This document shows positions 40,815 to 51,251 of a stretch of DNA of 64,000 nucleotides, piece by piece. The stretch lies in sequence record NC_061418.1; one strand, written 5' to 3'. The number at the start of each line of letters is the position of its first letter. Positions within the stretch are counted from its first letter, which is position 1. The notes beneath the pieces were generated by a model. That model was given only the letters and a program-made list of their open reading frames with translations, had not been told where the DNA came from and made no database searches. A program made the translations under genes and the position numbers.

Positions 40815-42050
40815 TCACGCATCGGTAGATTCGGGTTGTGCACTAACCATGTAGATGTAAAGCCGTTTCAACCAGCGGCGGTTGTCATCGTAAAAATCCA
40901 GTGAGACGTCCGTCACAAATTGCAGAATGGTCAAACATTCATGGACATGTTCACTGACGTGACGGATCTGCTGAACAACGGTTTTATCACGGTCGTTATA
41001 CTTCGACTGCTCAACTAACTTCTCGGTCGCTGACAATGAAGCATGTACCCGCTTTGAAACCGCAATGATTCGATCACCATCGGCATCGCTGAACAGTAAC
41101 GGGGAGGTTTCGACTTTTAAGTTATCGTACGCATGTTTACAAAGGTCGGCGATCTTGGTGCTGTCAAAAGCAATATCATTATTGACGGCGACTTCTTTAA
41201 GATCGGCCAACGTTTGATAACCGCTTTTGATTTTTTCCAGCGTACTATCACCTTCTGCGTTCAACAACTTAAAGATCTTCTCGAGATCCGTTGACTTAAA
41301 CCCGGTGCTCTCTGCGGAAGTGATCTCGTGACCCTCGTCCCACTTCCCAGTTACTACAGCCTTCACTAACGCTTCAAGGCGGTCCACGTTCGTCTCGAGA
41401 TAGTCAACGATTTTACCCGGATGTCTAATAAAGGCACCGAGTGCTTTGTGCAAGTTTGTATCCGTGATCGCCCTGGCGCTATATTGGCTGTAGTTATCGT
41501 TGATGGCGGCAGCGATAGGGGAAAGCTTTTCGTCGTTAACGATTTCTTCTTTGCTGCGCATCTTAAACTGGAAGCCCAGTTCGTCAACCTTTTTCAGAAA
41601 CGCATCAGTCTCTTCCCGTTTGACCTTCCCGATTGCCTTGTTAAAAAATTCACCAAAGGCTTTGATTTTCTCACCCACCCATTTTAACGCCCGTTTGATC
41701 ATGCTTAAAATGGAATGACCGATCTGTTTAATGATCTCTTCACAGGCGACGTTCTGTTGTGTTTTGGAACGCTTCAGGGTATAGGAGTTAGTCGGGTAAT
41801 GATCGGGGAAGGGGAGAATATTCAGAGCTTCCACTGCCGCCATACTGGCACGATCAACACCGTTCTTCTCCACGTCTTCGAGTGTCTCTTCCAGTGCCTC
41901 AAGTTGCGCATCGTCACCCACACGTTTCACCATGTAAAATGACCACTGGTTATTTAACTCCATGACGATATCGCGGAGATTTTTACCGTCCTCACCGACA
42001 AACGTGAATACGCCGGGTACCGGCTTCACAATTTGATTATTCGTTTCCAT
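40815..42050 (-). CDS. Inner head protein, divergent gp93-like paralog
   Basis: VACE-EI site followed by the same amphipathic helix (ILSMIKRALKWVGEKIKAFGEFF). Confidence 0.62.
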   Translation of the reverse strand: METNNQIVKPVPGVFTFVGEDGKNLRDIVMELNNQWSFYMVKRVGDDAQLEALEETLEDVEKNGVDRASMAAVEALNILPFPDHYPTNSYTLKRSKTQQNVACEEIIKQIGHSILSMIKRALKWVGEKIKAFGEFFNKAIGKVKREETDAFLKKVDELGFQFKMRSKEEIVNDEKLSPIAAAINDNYSQYSARAITDTNLHKALGAFIRHPGKIVDYLETNVDRLEALVKAVVTGKWDEGHEITSAESTGFKSTDLEKIFKLLNAEGDSTLEKIKSGYQTLADLKEVAVNNDIAFDSTKIADLCKHAYDNLKVETSPLLFSDADGDRIIAVSKRVHASLSATEKLVEQSKYNDRDKTVVQQIRHVSEHVHECLTILQFVTDVSLDFYDDNRRWLKRLYIYMVSAQPESTDA

Positions 42051-43056
42051 TGTCTTGGTTCTCGCTTAAAATGGGTTTCAGCTTAATCATAATGACGGCT
42101 TTGAGAGCGGTATCTTTCTCTGCGTCTAATTGTAATTTTAGATATTGACGCTGGATCGTTAAAGCGCTCTCTTGGACAGAAAGGTGCGTATCCAAAAGGA
42201 ACATTAAAAGACGAATCTGTTCGGCTGTCCGTGTCCAAGCTTGGAGCAACGGTGTTTTCGCTTCGGCCAGTAAAGTTTTAATTAGCGTGTTTTTTACAAT
42301 ATTGAAACGAAGCGCCAAAACCTGGGATTTAACTTCATCTACGCCTTCTCGAATAACTTCCGGGATAAACTCTCTGAGGTTCTGAATAGGGTCATTGGTC
42401 AAATAACTGTTTGGCCAACAGACCTCGTTACCTGAGGTTGGGATGAAGTTTTCTTCGATAGTAGGGAGAAGCGATTCGCTGACGTCACGGTTCCGTAATT
42501 GACGGCAATGTAAATCAAAATGTTTGTGGTAATTCTGGTCGCGGCATTTCTCTAAATTCGAGAAGGTTTCCGCAATGAGTTCTGGGTCGTTATCGAGTAA
42601 CGGATGGATTACCCCGGAAGAAAAACTTCGTGTTCCTTGAATAAGGTCAGGGAGATCCATGTAGATCGTTTTAACGGCCGAAAAATACTCTTCAACCAAA
42701 ACACCGTTACGATAAAATTGATCAGTGAACCCAGTGCGTTTCGCATTGAGTGCCTGAATCGCAACTTTTAAACCCGGATCATCAATCGGCGTATGCGGGC
42801 GAACCGTTCGCATGTACACCAGACAATCATTGATTAAGGTATTCTGTTCGATAAGATTATCGAGTGCTTTCTTGGCGCTAAAGAATAACGCAAGTCCCTC
42901 ATCTACGTAATGTATCTTCGGTAAAAAGACATCGAGCACTGAAGCGCTCGATTGCGCTTCAGTATCCGTAGATTTATCACTGACCATCTCCGCGATTCGA
43001 CAACGAAGACCAGGAGGGAAATGCGGGCGCTGATATTCCAACGTAGTGATGGTCAT
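42037..43056 (-). CDS. Hypothetical (probable virion) protein
   Basis: 339 aa ORF in the operon. Confidence 0.65.
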   Translation of the reverse strand: MTITTLEYQRPHFPPGLRCRIAEMVSDKSTDTEAQSSASVLDVFLPKIHYVDEGLALFFSAKKALDNLIEQNTLINDCLVYMRTVRPHTPIDDPGLKVAIQALNAKRTGFTDQFYRNGVLVEEYFSAVKTIYMDLPDLIQGTRSFSSGVIHPLLDNDPELIAETFSNLEKCRDQNYHKHFDLHCRQLRNRDVSESLLPTIEENFIPTSGNEVCWPNSYLTNDPIQNLREFIPEVIREGVDEVKSQVLALRFNIVKNTLIKTLLAEAKTPLLQAWTRTAEQIRLLMFLLDTHLSVQESALTIQRQYLKLQLDAEKDTALKAVIMIKLKPILSENQDNGNE

Positions 43057-43068
43057 CTTTTTAAACCC

Positions 43069-43530
43069 TTATTTCACTGCCGCTCCCGGACGCGACATAT
43101 CGAGAATAACCGGGGTGATCTTGTCCTTCAATAAGAAGGCGGCATTTGCAACAACCGAGTAGTCCATCCCGTCACCTGCGTATTGCGCCAGGAATACCGC
43201 AGCAGGCGTATTACCGGTCAGTACCGCTTCCACCTCGGCTTGGGTATGGACATGACAGGCACGGTAGCGCCCTAACCACACTTCGTGAACGCCGGCCTGT
43301 ACCAGATTAATATCCACCAGGAAACGTTCGTTAAATTCAGAAACAAACTGGGTGACCTTCCAGCGGTATTGTTCCTGGTACCAAACTGCCGGGTTTTCAA
43401 CGGCGGCATTAGGTAAAGGTAAGGCGTACCCCAAACCGATAGCCAGCGCCAGAGAAAGTCTGACTTTGTCGACACCAACCACTTTAGTCAGCGGTTCAAC
43501 GATGTCTTGGACGAATTGACGATTCATCAT
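43069..43530 (-). CDS. Conserved hypothetical (probable virion) protein
   Basis: 153 aa ORF with AAGGA RBS. Confidence 0.65.
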   Translation of the reverse strand: MMNRQFVQDIVEPLTKVVGVDKVRLSLALAIGLGYALPLPNAAVENPAVWYQEQYRWKVTQFVSEFNERFLVDINLVQAGVHEVWLGRYRACHVHTQAEVEAVLTGNTPAAVFLAQYAGDGMDYSVVANAAFLLKDKITPVILDMSRPGAAVK

Positions 43531-43536
43531 TAATCC

Positions 43537-44838
43537 TTATTTCAACGTGTTGAGTAAATTCGCAGCAGCGAAGAGATTGTTATTCGCCACGGCTTGGAGA
43601 TCTTGCAGTAAGATACGTTTTTCTTTTTGGTCGCGTAACTTACTCGAGAAGAACAACCAGAGTTTTTCATAATAGCTTTCTTCATCGAGATTACTTTTCA
43701 GATTGGCAATAACATCGATATTCTGACTCAGCTCCACACGTTCTTCAGGCAGAAGACCAGGTTCTTTCATCCGTTGGATAATATCCTGACGTAACCTTTC
43801 TAAACGCTCGTCTGCTTTATCGTAAACGCGATCTACGGGTTTGATTAAAAGTACCAGTAGTTCAATGTATTTACGGAAGTTAAAACCGAACTTGTTTACC
43901 GCAAAACCAAGAATGAAGAAGAACCGAATAATTTTCATTCCCCATAACTGGAAATGATCTTTGAGTGTTTTCTCGGTCATGTTCTTTTGGATTTTATCCA
44001 ACCCAGTGGCCAGCGGTACGGTCAAACCCATACGGGAAGAAAATTGGTCGGACAGACTCTCCCATGATCGCATGTCGTAAATGCTGGCACCGAATTCAGA
44101 CTTCGTTTGGTCGTAAATATCAGAGAAAATCGAAATGGCCAATACGTCAGGATTGATGTCTTCCTCGGCGACGACATCAAGATTGCTGATTTTAATCCCG
44201 GAGAAGTTTTCCACGCCCATCAGAATTTTGACTTTTTCTTCTGGTGAATTCGATTTCTCAAGACGTTTAACTGTATCAACAAGGATAAAGCAGGTACTGA
44301 AAGTATAAGCCAGGGTCTCGAGATACGTAAAGATGTGACCGACTTCATGGAGAATGATAGCGACCACTTCGTCTGGGTTAACATCCGGGCTAGAGATTAA
44401 CTCTTGGGTCACCATCACCGAACACGGCATTTCCTGGAAAAACCCGCCTACTGTCGCTGTGGCACGGTTCACCCAACCTACCCCATTATTGAGGTTCTTA
44501 TCTATTGCGGCTTTACCGGCACCCGCGTGACCAAGTTGATTGCTGTACGTTCTGACCATCACGCTGTTTTTAACAATAGACGGGGTTTGGGCGATGGCGT
44601 TGAAACCTCTTTCCGGGATTATTTGGAACGTGAGTCCTTTCAGTTTGAAACGGTCTCTCAGGATTCGTTGAAAAATCGTGCAGAATGCTTTGTTTACTTT
44701 TTCATTTACCTCACCGTTACTCTCTGTACGGTAGTCTTCTATCGTAATGATCAGTTTCTTACAAACAGGGTCGTAGCCCTGAAAATCAATTGACTCAAAT
44801 GCAGGCAGTGAGAGTCGGGTAATTTTTTCATCTAACAT
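43537..44838 (-). CDS. Virion protein with a zinc-metallopeptidase signature (phiKZ gp84-like)
   Basis: AIILHEVGH (HExxH), ESLSDQFSSRMG (E..AD.F-like third ligand), hydrophobic segments. Confidence 0.7.
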   Translation of the reverse strand: MLDEKITRLSLPAFESIDFQGYDPVCKKLIITIEDYRTESNGEVNEKVNKAFCTIFQRILRDRFKLKGLTFQIIPERGFNAIAQTPSIVKNSVMVRTYSNQLGHAGAGKAAIDKNLNNGVGWVNRATATVGGFFQEMPCSVMVTQELISSPDVNPDEVVAIILHEVGHIFTYLETLAYTFSTCFILVDTVKRLEKSNSPEEKVKILMGVENFSGIKISNLDVVAEEDINPDVLAISIFSDIYDQTKSEFGASIYDMRSWESLSDQFSSRMGLTVPLATGLDKIQKNMTEKTLKDHFQLWGMKIIRFFFILGFAVNKFGFNFRKYIELLVLLIKPVDRVYDKADERLERLRQDIIQRMKEPGLLPEERVELSQNIDVIANLKSNLDEESYYEKLWLFFSSKLRDQKEKRILLQDLQAVANNNLFAAANLLNTLK

Positions 44839-44964
44839 TTCGTGGCTCCTCAGGGGAAAGCGCTACCATAAAGGAAGGGTTACACAAGAAAGCGACACGC
44901 TCCAAAAAGAAGACGCTATCTATTCCTGTAGACCTTGAAAGTTTGACTCAGGAACCAGCCCGTT

Positions 44965-46701
44965 ATGAAAAATATTAAGCGCGATGACATTGAAGGTTAT
45001 GAGTTTAAAAACTCCTTTTTTGTTCAGTCTGCCAATACGCCTGGAAGCGACCTATTAGTCGTTAAAGAAATTATTCATCTTAAAAATAAAGAACAAGTCC
45101 CTAATCTTCGTTTTATCAAAGACTTTAAACGTCCTTATTACGTTACTCGTGAGAGCCAACGTAAGTACAAAGAAAAACGTGTTTGGGAAAGCCTTGATAA
45201 TCTGCGCCGTTACGAGTGCACGCAATCAGCCTTAGCCTCTGATATTCAACGCAAATTAAAAACCGGTAGAGGCGGCGTAAAAACACTCAATCGCAACCCA
45301 TATCTTTTTGGTACTGATATCACTAGTTCTGTTCTGATCAAACATCAGTACATGACGAAATTCCCGCACCTTAAAAGTTTATACCGTGTCGCGCATCTCG
45401 ATATTGAATTTGACGTGGTCGACGGAACGAACAGTATCAACATGATCTCGGTGTCCTGTGGTGACCGTGTCTTTCAAGCGATCACTAAAGCCTATATCGG
45501 AACGAGTATTGATTTCGTTGAGAAAGTCAAACAGTGCTACGAAAGGGAAGTTGTCCCTATCCTTCGCGAAGTCGATCAGAAGATAAAGCAGTTTAAAGAT
45601 AAAAAGATTCATCACCATTTTGACCTCGAAATCTACGAAGCCGCTGACGAAGCTGATGCGGTACAATGGATCTTTAATATTCTCCACAATGTCTTAAAAC
45701 CTGATATGCTATCGATTTGGAACCTGCCTTACGATACCAAAAAGATGATGCAGGCATTAGACCGGAGGAATATCCCACGTGAGTACGTTTTCAATGATCC
45801 TTCTATCCCTGACGAGTTTAAGTTCTTTAACCTCAAAGAAGGCGAAGCGAAGATCTTTGACGCGAACGGCGTAGGGGAATCAAAAGACCCATGTGACCGT
45901 TGGCACCGTGTTCAATCTCCAGGGCACTTCTTCTGGGTTGACCAGATGTCTGTTCGTCGTGCTGTTCGTAAACACCTGAACAAAGAACCCTCTTATGCCT
46001 TAGGCGACATTCTGTACAAGGAATTGGGTTTTGGTAAGTTGAAAGGCGATAAGGGCGTTCGTTCCACCGGGATCGACTGGCACAAACACATGCAGCGCGA
46101 AGAAAAAGTTTTCTACTGCGTTTACAACATGTTCGATAACATCGGTGCCCAACTCCTCGACGAGAAAACAGAAGACTTACGTTCTACGTTTCCTGCTCAA
46201 TGCGGATTCAGTGAACTGCAGTCGTACGGTTCTCAAGGTCGTAAACTTGCTGATGACTTTTACTTTGATCTCTTAGAGAAAGGGTACGTCTTAACGGGTA
46301 CGTCCGATAAGATGGAGAAAGAGCTCGACAAGCATCTGGTTCCACTCGATGGTTGGATCTCTACGTTAGCAGCGCATCTTATCCACGAAGAGATGGGGAA
46401 CAAAGTCCTTAAAGAGCACCCGGGTACATTCACTAAGATCGTTAAGTGGGTATTGGACATCGACGTTAAGTCTTCCTATCCTTCTACTGGGGTATGGATG
46501 AACCTGTCGCAAGAAACCACGAAACGGGCGATGTGTAAAATCATTGGGGTCGATTTCGAGGAACAAAGACGGGCAGGGTTGAACTTGTGTGCAGGGAGGG
46601 TCAACTCCGTCGAAATTGTGACAAAGCTCTGTAAAGCGCCTACTCAATTACAGATGCTTCAGCGCTTCTGTAAGGCGAAGGGAATTAAACTTGAGGATTG
46701 A
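44965..46701 (+). CDS. Split family-B DNA polymerase, exonuclease plus motif-A subunit (phiKZ gp82-like)
   Basis: ExoI LDIEFD, ExoII WNLPYD, ExoIII YNMFD and PolB motif A DIDVKSSYPS; motifs B and C are absent and presumably on a separate gene. Confidence 0.82.
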   Translation: MKNIKRDDIEGYEFKNSFFVQSANTPGSDLLVVKEIIHLKNKEQVPNLRFIKDFKRPYYVTRESQRKYKEKRVWESLDNLRRYECTQSALASDIQRKLKTGRGGVKTLNRNPYLFGTDITSSVLIKHQYMTKFPHLKSLYRVAHLDIEFDVVDGTNSINMISVSCGDRVFQAITKAYIGTSIDFVEKVKQCYEREVVPILREVDQKIKQFKDKKIHHHFDLEIYEAADEADAVQWIFNILHNVLKPDMLSIWNLPYDTKKMMQALDRRNIPREYVFNDPSIPDEFKFFNLKEGEAKIFDANGVGESKDPCDRWHRVQSPGHFFWVDQMSVRRAVRKHLNKEPSYALGDILYKELGFGKLKGDKGVRSTGIDWHKHMQREEKVFYCVYNMFDNIGAQLLDEKTEDLRSTFPAQCGFSELQSYGSQGRKLADDFYFDLLEKGYVLTGTSDKMEKELDKHLVPLDGWISTLAAHLIHEEMGNKVLKEHPGTFTKIVKWVLDIDVKSSYPSTGVWMNLSQETTKRAMCKIIGVDFEEQRRAGLNLCAGRVNSVEIVTKLCKAPTQLQMLQRFCKAKGIKLED

Positions 46702-46732
46702 TATCAAAAAAGAAAAGTAACGGCACAGAGAG

Positions 46733-46764
46733 GCTACTGGAACCCTTAACGGGGTTCCAGTAGC
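46733..46764. terminator. 13-bp hairpin at a convergent junction
   Basis: GCTACTGGAACCC-TTAACG-GGGTTCCAGTAGC. Confidence 0.78.
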
Positions 46765-46810
46765 GATTGTGTCTTTAGTATCGACAAAGAACCGTTTTTC
46801 TATTGCGGGT

Positions 46811-48184
46811 TTACTTCAATGCACTCTTCCAGTCAAACTTCTCCACTTTCAATGACCTTCCATGCATCGCACTCATCTGGATACCCATAATTATCGATCC
46901 GACCTCTGTAGCCAGTGCCCCTAAAGCGGTCTTCGTATTCTCGAAACGTTTCCCGATACACTTCACGCAGAAGTTACCGTCGGTCGTGTGGCAAAAAAGC
47001 GGTGAGCGGAACAGATAACGTTTCCCATGTGAGGCAGCGGCGATCTCTGGCGTCATGAGAGTGAGTACGTTCTTCTCATCAAAGAAGTAAGACCAATGAA
47101 AACCTTCCTCATTCTCTTTCGTTACCGTGTGCTCCAGCCCAAGTCTGGAACCGCAATCGTCTTCTGCAATAGCCGTGTTCATGAAGAAGCGACCAATGAA
47201 CTTAGCGGCCTCGCCCCCTAAGGCGGTCATAGCGCCTCGGTTGAAGGAACCGTCGATAAGGGAGTTCGCCATCTCCGGAAGTTTATTGATATCCCATTGC
47301 TCTGACAGCGGGTTTTGAATAACCGTGATTTTGTTTCGGTTTTCAAAGTCGTATTCGATAGCGTGGGAGATATAAGCCTTAGCACGGACGACGTCGAAGT
47401 CTTTAGAACCGGGTCTCAGGAATCCTTTCTCGGGGTCTTGGGACTGGAATTCGATATCGTACTTGATCAGTTCGGACATGATTTTGGCGACAATTGCAGG
47501 ATCGTCAAGTTGGTCCTTATACTGTTCGTACAGTGCCGTACGGCGTTTTGCCATGTCAGGGGCAGTAACGATCGTGTAGGGTGTTGCAGCGGGTGTTGCG
47601 AGCTGACACCAGCCCGTTAAAGAGAAAGCGGCCGGATAGTATTTACTTTCCAGTTCATCGGTGTAGATCTTCTGTGGATCGCGTTCACTGGGGTCTTCCG
47701 GGGGTGTTTCTAACAGTTCGGCAATCTTATCTTCGATCTTGCCTATTTTGATCTCACCCGCTATAAAAGGAATACGGTCTTTGAAAGGGTAACAAAGTAC
47801 CGTTTGATTAACCATGACATTCCCTACAAGTGTAGTGACTTTCTCTTTTACGTTGACGAGGTCGCCTGGTTCTAAATCAATTTTGTCTTTGAACCGGAAA
47901 GGGGCGATACCTGGTTCAGCACCTTGAAGAACTTCCCATTCTTTACTGAAGGGATTAAAGAAGACTACCTGACCGTCTTCCTGGAAAAGTTGAAAGGGGT
48001 ATTCCTCGAAATCTTCGCGACGGGGTTCATCTTTAAAGTAAAGCGGGTACTTCCCGTTCGGTCTGCGCTCAGGGTCTTTCTCCGGGTAGTTGACGATACC
48101 AAAAGCATCGATGACCCATCCTTTATAAAGGAAACTGCCGTAGTTCAGAGCAGTTAATAAATAATCGCGTTTAAGCATGGTCAA
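46811..48184 (-). CDS. Virion RNA polymerase beta-prime-like subunit (phiKZ gp80-like)
   Basis: EDDCGS, FRSPLFC..DGNFCVKCIG (beta-prime Zn site), GSIIMGIQMSAMHG (trigger-loop-like). Confidence 0.85.
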   Translation of the reverse strand: MTMLKRDYLLTALNYGSFLYKGWVIDAFGIVNYPEKDPERRPNGKYPLYFKDEPRREDFEEYPFQLFQEDGQVVFFNPFSKEWEVLQGAEPGIAPFRFKDKIDLEPGDLVNVKEKVTTLVGNVMVNQTVLCYPFKDRIPFIAGEIKIGKIEDKIAELLETPPEDPSERDPQKIYTDELESKYYPAAFSLTGWCQLATPAATPYTIVTAPDMAKRRTALYEQYKDQLDDPAIVAKIMSELIKYDIEFQSQDPEKGFLRPGSKDFDVVRAKAYISHAIEYDFENRNKITVIQNPLSEQWDINKLPEMANSLIDGSFNRGAMTALGGEAAKFIGRFFMNTAIAEDDCGSRLGLEHTVTKENEEGFHWSYFFDEKNVLTLMTPEIAAASHGKRYLFRSPLFCHTTDGNFCVKCIGKRFENTKTALGALATEVGSIIMGIQMSAMHGRSLKVEKFDWKSALK

Positions 48185-49010
48185 ACTCCGGGAGTGGTAA
48201 TTTAGTCACAATTCTTGAAATTGTTAATAGCGTTTTCGGGTCGATGAAATAATGCGGCAGTTCTTCGCCAATACGCTCTTTGATTTTATCGTTCGGAATA
48301 CCAGCAGCAATCGCAGAGAAAACTGCTAACTTACCAATAACCTCCGGTGTATTCTTTTCCTCTGAAAAGTAATAATCCAGGAAATTAGTTAATGGCTCAC
48401 CTACACTACCGCCGTCTTTGAAGAAACGCACTGCTCGTTCGATCCCGTAGAAATTCAGGGCGTTCTTTGTTCTTTCAACCAGGGCGGTGTCGACGGAATC
48501 GTCTTCGGGGAAACGATAGGTCATTTCGTTGAGGTAATCTCGGAGACGATAGAGTAATGAAGGTGAGACTTCGGCGGTGAGTTCAAGGATCTGATTAGTG
48601 TCGAGCGTATTGTCCACCACGTGCAGTACTTCGGCGATTTTTTCTTTTGGGTCCTCGGCGATTTCTAACGCGTACTTAACCGACTGAAGATCCTCGTGTG
48701 AATCGACGTGATATAAAGCCTGACAGATCTTTGCGAGGAGTTCGAGTTTACCGTAAAGCGGTTGGTCATCGCTCAGGTATAGACCGAACTCTTCAATACC
48801 TTCTACCAACAAGTCGGTGACGATCTGGTCGAATTGTGCGACGTTGTCTACTGTCGTAAATTCATCGAGGTAGGTGGTAAACTGATTAAACTGTAGTTCG
48901 AAAGTACCTGGGTCTAAACGATACAAAAACGGCAGTACAACTTTATATGTTGAAACTCTGGCTTCTGACACCGTACGTGTCAGATAGTTGAGTAAATTGT
49001 CGATCAGCAT
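48171..49010 (-). CDS. Conserved hypothetical protein
   Basis: 279 aa, overlapping the start of the RNAP subunit by 14 nt. Confidence 0.7.
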   Translation of the reverse strand: MLIDNLLNYLTRTVSEARVSTYKVVLPFLYRLDPGTFELQFNQFTTYLDEFTTVDNVAQFDQIVTDLLVEGIEEFGLYLSDDQPLYGKLELLAKICQALYHVDSHEDLQSVKYALEIAEDPKEKIAEVLHVVDNTLDTNQILELTAEVSPSLLYRLRDYLNEMTYRFPEDDSVDTALVERTKNALNFYGIERAVRFFKDGGSVGEPLTNFLDYYFSEEKNTPEVIGKLAVFSAIAAGIPNDKIKERIGEELPHYFIDPKTLLTISRIVTKLPLPEFDHA

Positions 49011-49052
49011 TATTGAGCCCTTATGTAAATTTTAATTCACAGTAAGCGTAAT

Positions 49053-49517
49053 TTGAATGAAAATCTTTTTCTAACTGAGGCAAATGACATGTCTAAAGCA
49101 CGTAAGAAGAAACCCACTAAAAAGCCCGGTTACATGAAGTTACACGGGTTTCAATACATCAATGACATTATTCGGAAATCACCGAAGTTACTCTCCGAAG
49201 CCGCCACTATAGTAGTGCAGTTCGACGCCTTAGATGAAAAAACTCTTTCTTTAGGGGAAATCCTGAAAGGGAAAGAAGAGATCAAGAAGATCGCAGAGAA
49301 AGCACCCTCTATTCGAACGACGCTCGAAGAACTGAAAACCGATTTCGAAACGCTGGTTGCGACACCGGGTAAAAAGGAAGAAGAGCACTTCGCCGATTTG
49401 GTTGGACGTGCTGCTGAATTTATTTCAATGATCACCGAAGACGTGATTGCTCCGATGGCAGAGATCGCGGAGATTGTAGAAAAACGCATTAACCAAAAGG
49501 AAACTGTCAATGTCTGA
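49053..49517 (+). CDS. Hypothetical protein (start probably MSKARKKK)
   Basis: 154 aa with a basic N-terminus; helical. Confidence 0.65.
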   Translation: MNENLFLTEANDMSKARKKKPTKKPGYMKLHGFQYINDIIRKSPKLLSEAATIVVQFDALDEKTLSLGEILKGKEEIKKIAEKAPSIRTTLEELKTDFETLVATPGKKEEEHFADLVGRAAEFISMITEDVIAPMAEIAEIVEKRINQKETVNV

Positions 49518-51234
49518 TTTTGAAAACGAACAGTCCGGTACTGAAGAAACCCCTACTATTCCTACCACGGGTGTAGGTATTCCGGTCACCAAACACGTTA
49601 TCACTGACGACGTGTTTGAGGAAGCGCCGGTAGCAGTCTCCGATGAGACTGTTCAGGAAGACACTGTCACTCCGGCGGAAGAAGAAACCAAACCGGAAGA
49701 AGAGACGGAAGAAAAAGAAGAAGAAGAACATCTTCTCTTTGACGTCGAACCGAATAAAATCGTGATTGATCCGACTCGCCCTATCTTTGTCAGGATCGAT
49801 CCTAATCAACGCGGCATTGCAGCGTTAAGTGTATTACCCACGACGCGTGCTGATGCAGAGACGTTTGAAGAAAGTTTGAATAACGTCACTAACGAAGACC
49901 TTGAATGGATTCTCTCGACTCGTAACGCGACGGATTCAGCGTATCCCGGAAACGGTCTTCTGAAAGCGGCGATACGTAACGGAGCAAAGTGGAAGACTCA
50001 GATCGAGAACCCGACGACAGCAATTCCGCTTTGCGATTACCGCAGTGCGTATAAGATCTTTGATCAACCGGCTACCAAAATTTCGGGTATTGATGCAATC
50101 GATATGTTCACTGCCGGAACTAACCTGGGTCGTCCTGTCACGGTACCGCTGTGGCACTCTGGTTTTTGGGTGAAACTCCGTGCACCGTCGGCTGCATTCT
50201 TAGCGGATATCGACCGTGCCTTAGCCTTCTCGCGTGAAGAGCTGGGTCTGGAAGTCTTTGGGGCGATTGGGGCCAATGACCGTTTGATCTTTGACGAGAT
50301 TCTCGTTGACGCGGCGTTGAAACTCGTTGTAGAAACCAATATCCCGATTGCGAAATCCCCGATGGAATTAAAAGAGGTTATTGACTTCTTTGATATCGAC
50401 AACCTGATCTGGGGTATGGCATTAGCAGCATTCCCGGACGGTTGTGAGATCGCCATTCCGTGCCCGAGCTGCCGTGGTGTGAGTCACGTCAAAGCAAACC
50501 TTCTCCGTATGCGTTTTGTCGACGAGTCGCGTTTGACGCAGGTTCAGATCCGTCAGATGGCCAAAGGGATTAGCCATAAGACAACGCTGGAAGAACTGAA
50601 AAAATACAAAGAAGAGTTCCAAATTCTCAATACCCAGAAATGGGAATGGAACAAACGTACCTTCACCTTCCGTTCGCCGACGATCGAAGAGTACTTAACG
50701 TCAGGTCGAGAGTATATCACTTCGGTTTCCCGTGCGTTAACCGAAACGCTGCGCGATGATATCACCGATGACTACCGTCGCGGTCAGAGCATGAAGTCAA
50801 TCCTTAACACGGAAGAGACAGCGCGGTTCATGCACTTCATTCGTGAGATTCGTATCCCGAACACCAATGAAAAAGGTAATCCGGATAACTACGGGATTGT
50901 TACCGATTCCCATGCTATCCTCGATATCATGCGTTATATTTCGGGTGACTTCGAAGCCAGTGATGGTTTAATCGTGGCAATCAATGATTTCATCAATGAC
51001 GCCATCTGCACTATCATTGGATTCCCTAACGTCAATTGCCCGGCCTGTGGTAAATTCTATCTCTCGAAGACCGGGGAAGCGACAATCATTGTTCCGTTTA
51101 ACCCTGCTGTGGGTTTTTTTATCCTTGCGCAACACAAGATTACGGAAGCGGGGTCGGAGCCACTGACGAATTTAATGACGTTAGGTCTGACCGGTTTGCT
51201 ATCCAAGGTATCGGCCAGCGAGGCTCAGGGTTAA
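49510..51234 (+). CDS. Probable tail/baseplate assembly chaperone (G-like), two CxxC pairs
   Basis: 574 aa; acidic N-terminus; CPSC and CPAC; slippery G GGT TTT near the 3-prime end. Confidence 0.55.
   Translation: MSDFENEQSGTEETPTIPTTGVGIPVTKHVITDDVFEEAPVAVSDETVQEDTVTPAEEETKPEEETEEKEEEEHLLFDVEPNKIVIDPTRPIFVRIDPNQRGIAALSVLPTTRADAETFEESLNNVTNEDLEWILSTRNATDSAYPGNGLLKAAIRNGAKWKTQIENPTTAIPLCDYRSAYKIFDQPATKISGIDAIDMFTAGTNLGRPVTVPLWHSGFWVKLRAPSAAFLADIDRALAFSREELGLEVFGAIGANDRLIFDEILVDAALKLVVETNIPIAKSPMELKEVIDFFDIDNLIWGMALAAFPDGCEIAIPCPSCRGVSHVKANLLRMRFVDESRLTQVQIRQMAKGISHKTTLEELKKYKEEFQILNTQKWEWNKRTFTFRSPTIEEYLTSGREYITSVSRALTETLRDDITDDYRRGQSMKSILNTEETARFMHFIREIRIPNTNEKGNPDNYGIVTDSHAILDIMRYISGDFEASDGLIVAINDFINDAICTIIGFPNVNCPACGKFYLSKTGEATIIVPFNPAVGFFILAQHKITEAGSEPLTNLMTLGLTGLLSKVSASEAQG
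51111..51120 (+). promoter_or_regulatory. Candidate -1 programmed frameshift site G GGT TTT (TTT)
   Basis: X XXY YYZ heptamer in the correct phase; the -1 frame opens at TAA 51099-51101 and stays open to 51638. Confidence 0.7.
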
Positions 51235-51251
51235 TTGAGAAGACAGGCGGA

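Noticed and set aside
50984-51166. 60-aa +1-frame ORF spanning the slippery site
   Set aside because: It closes at 51166 and does not connect to the downstream gene; only the -1 frame does
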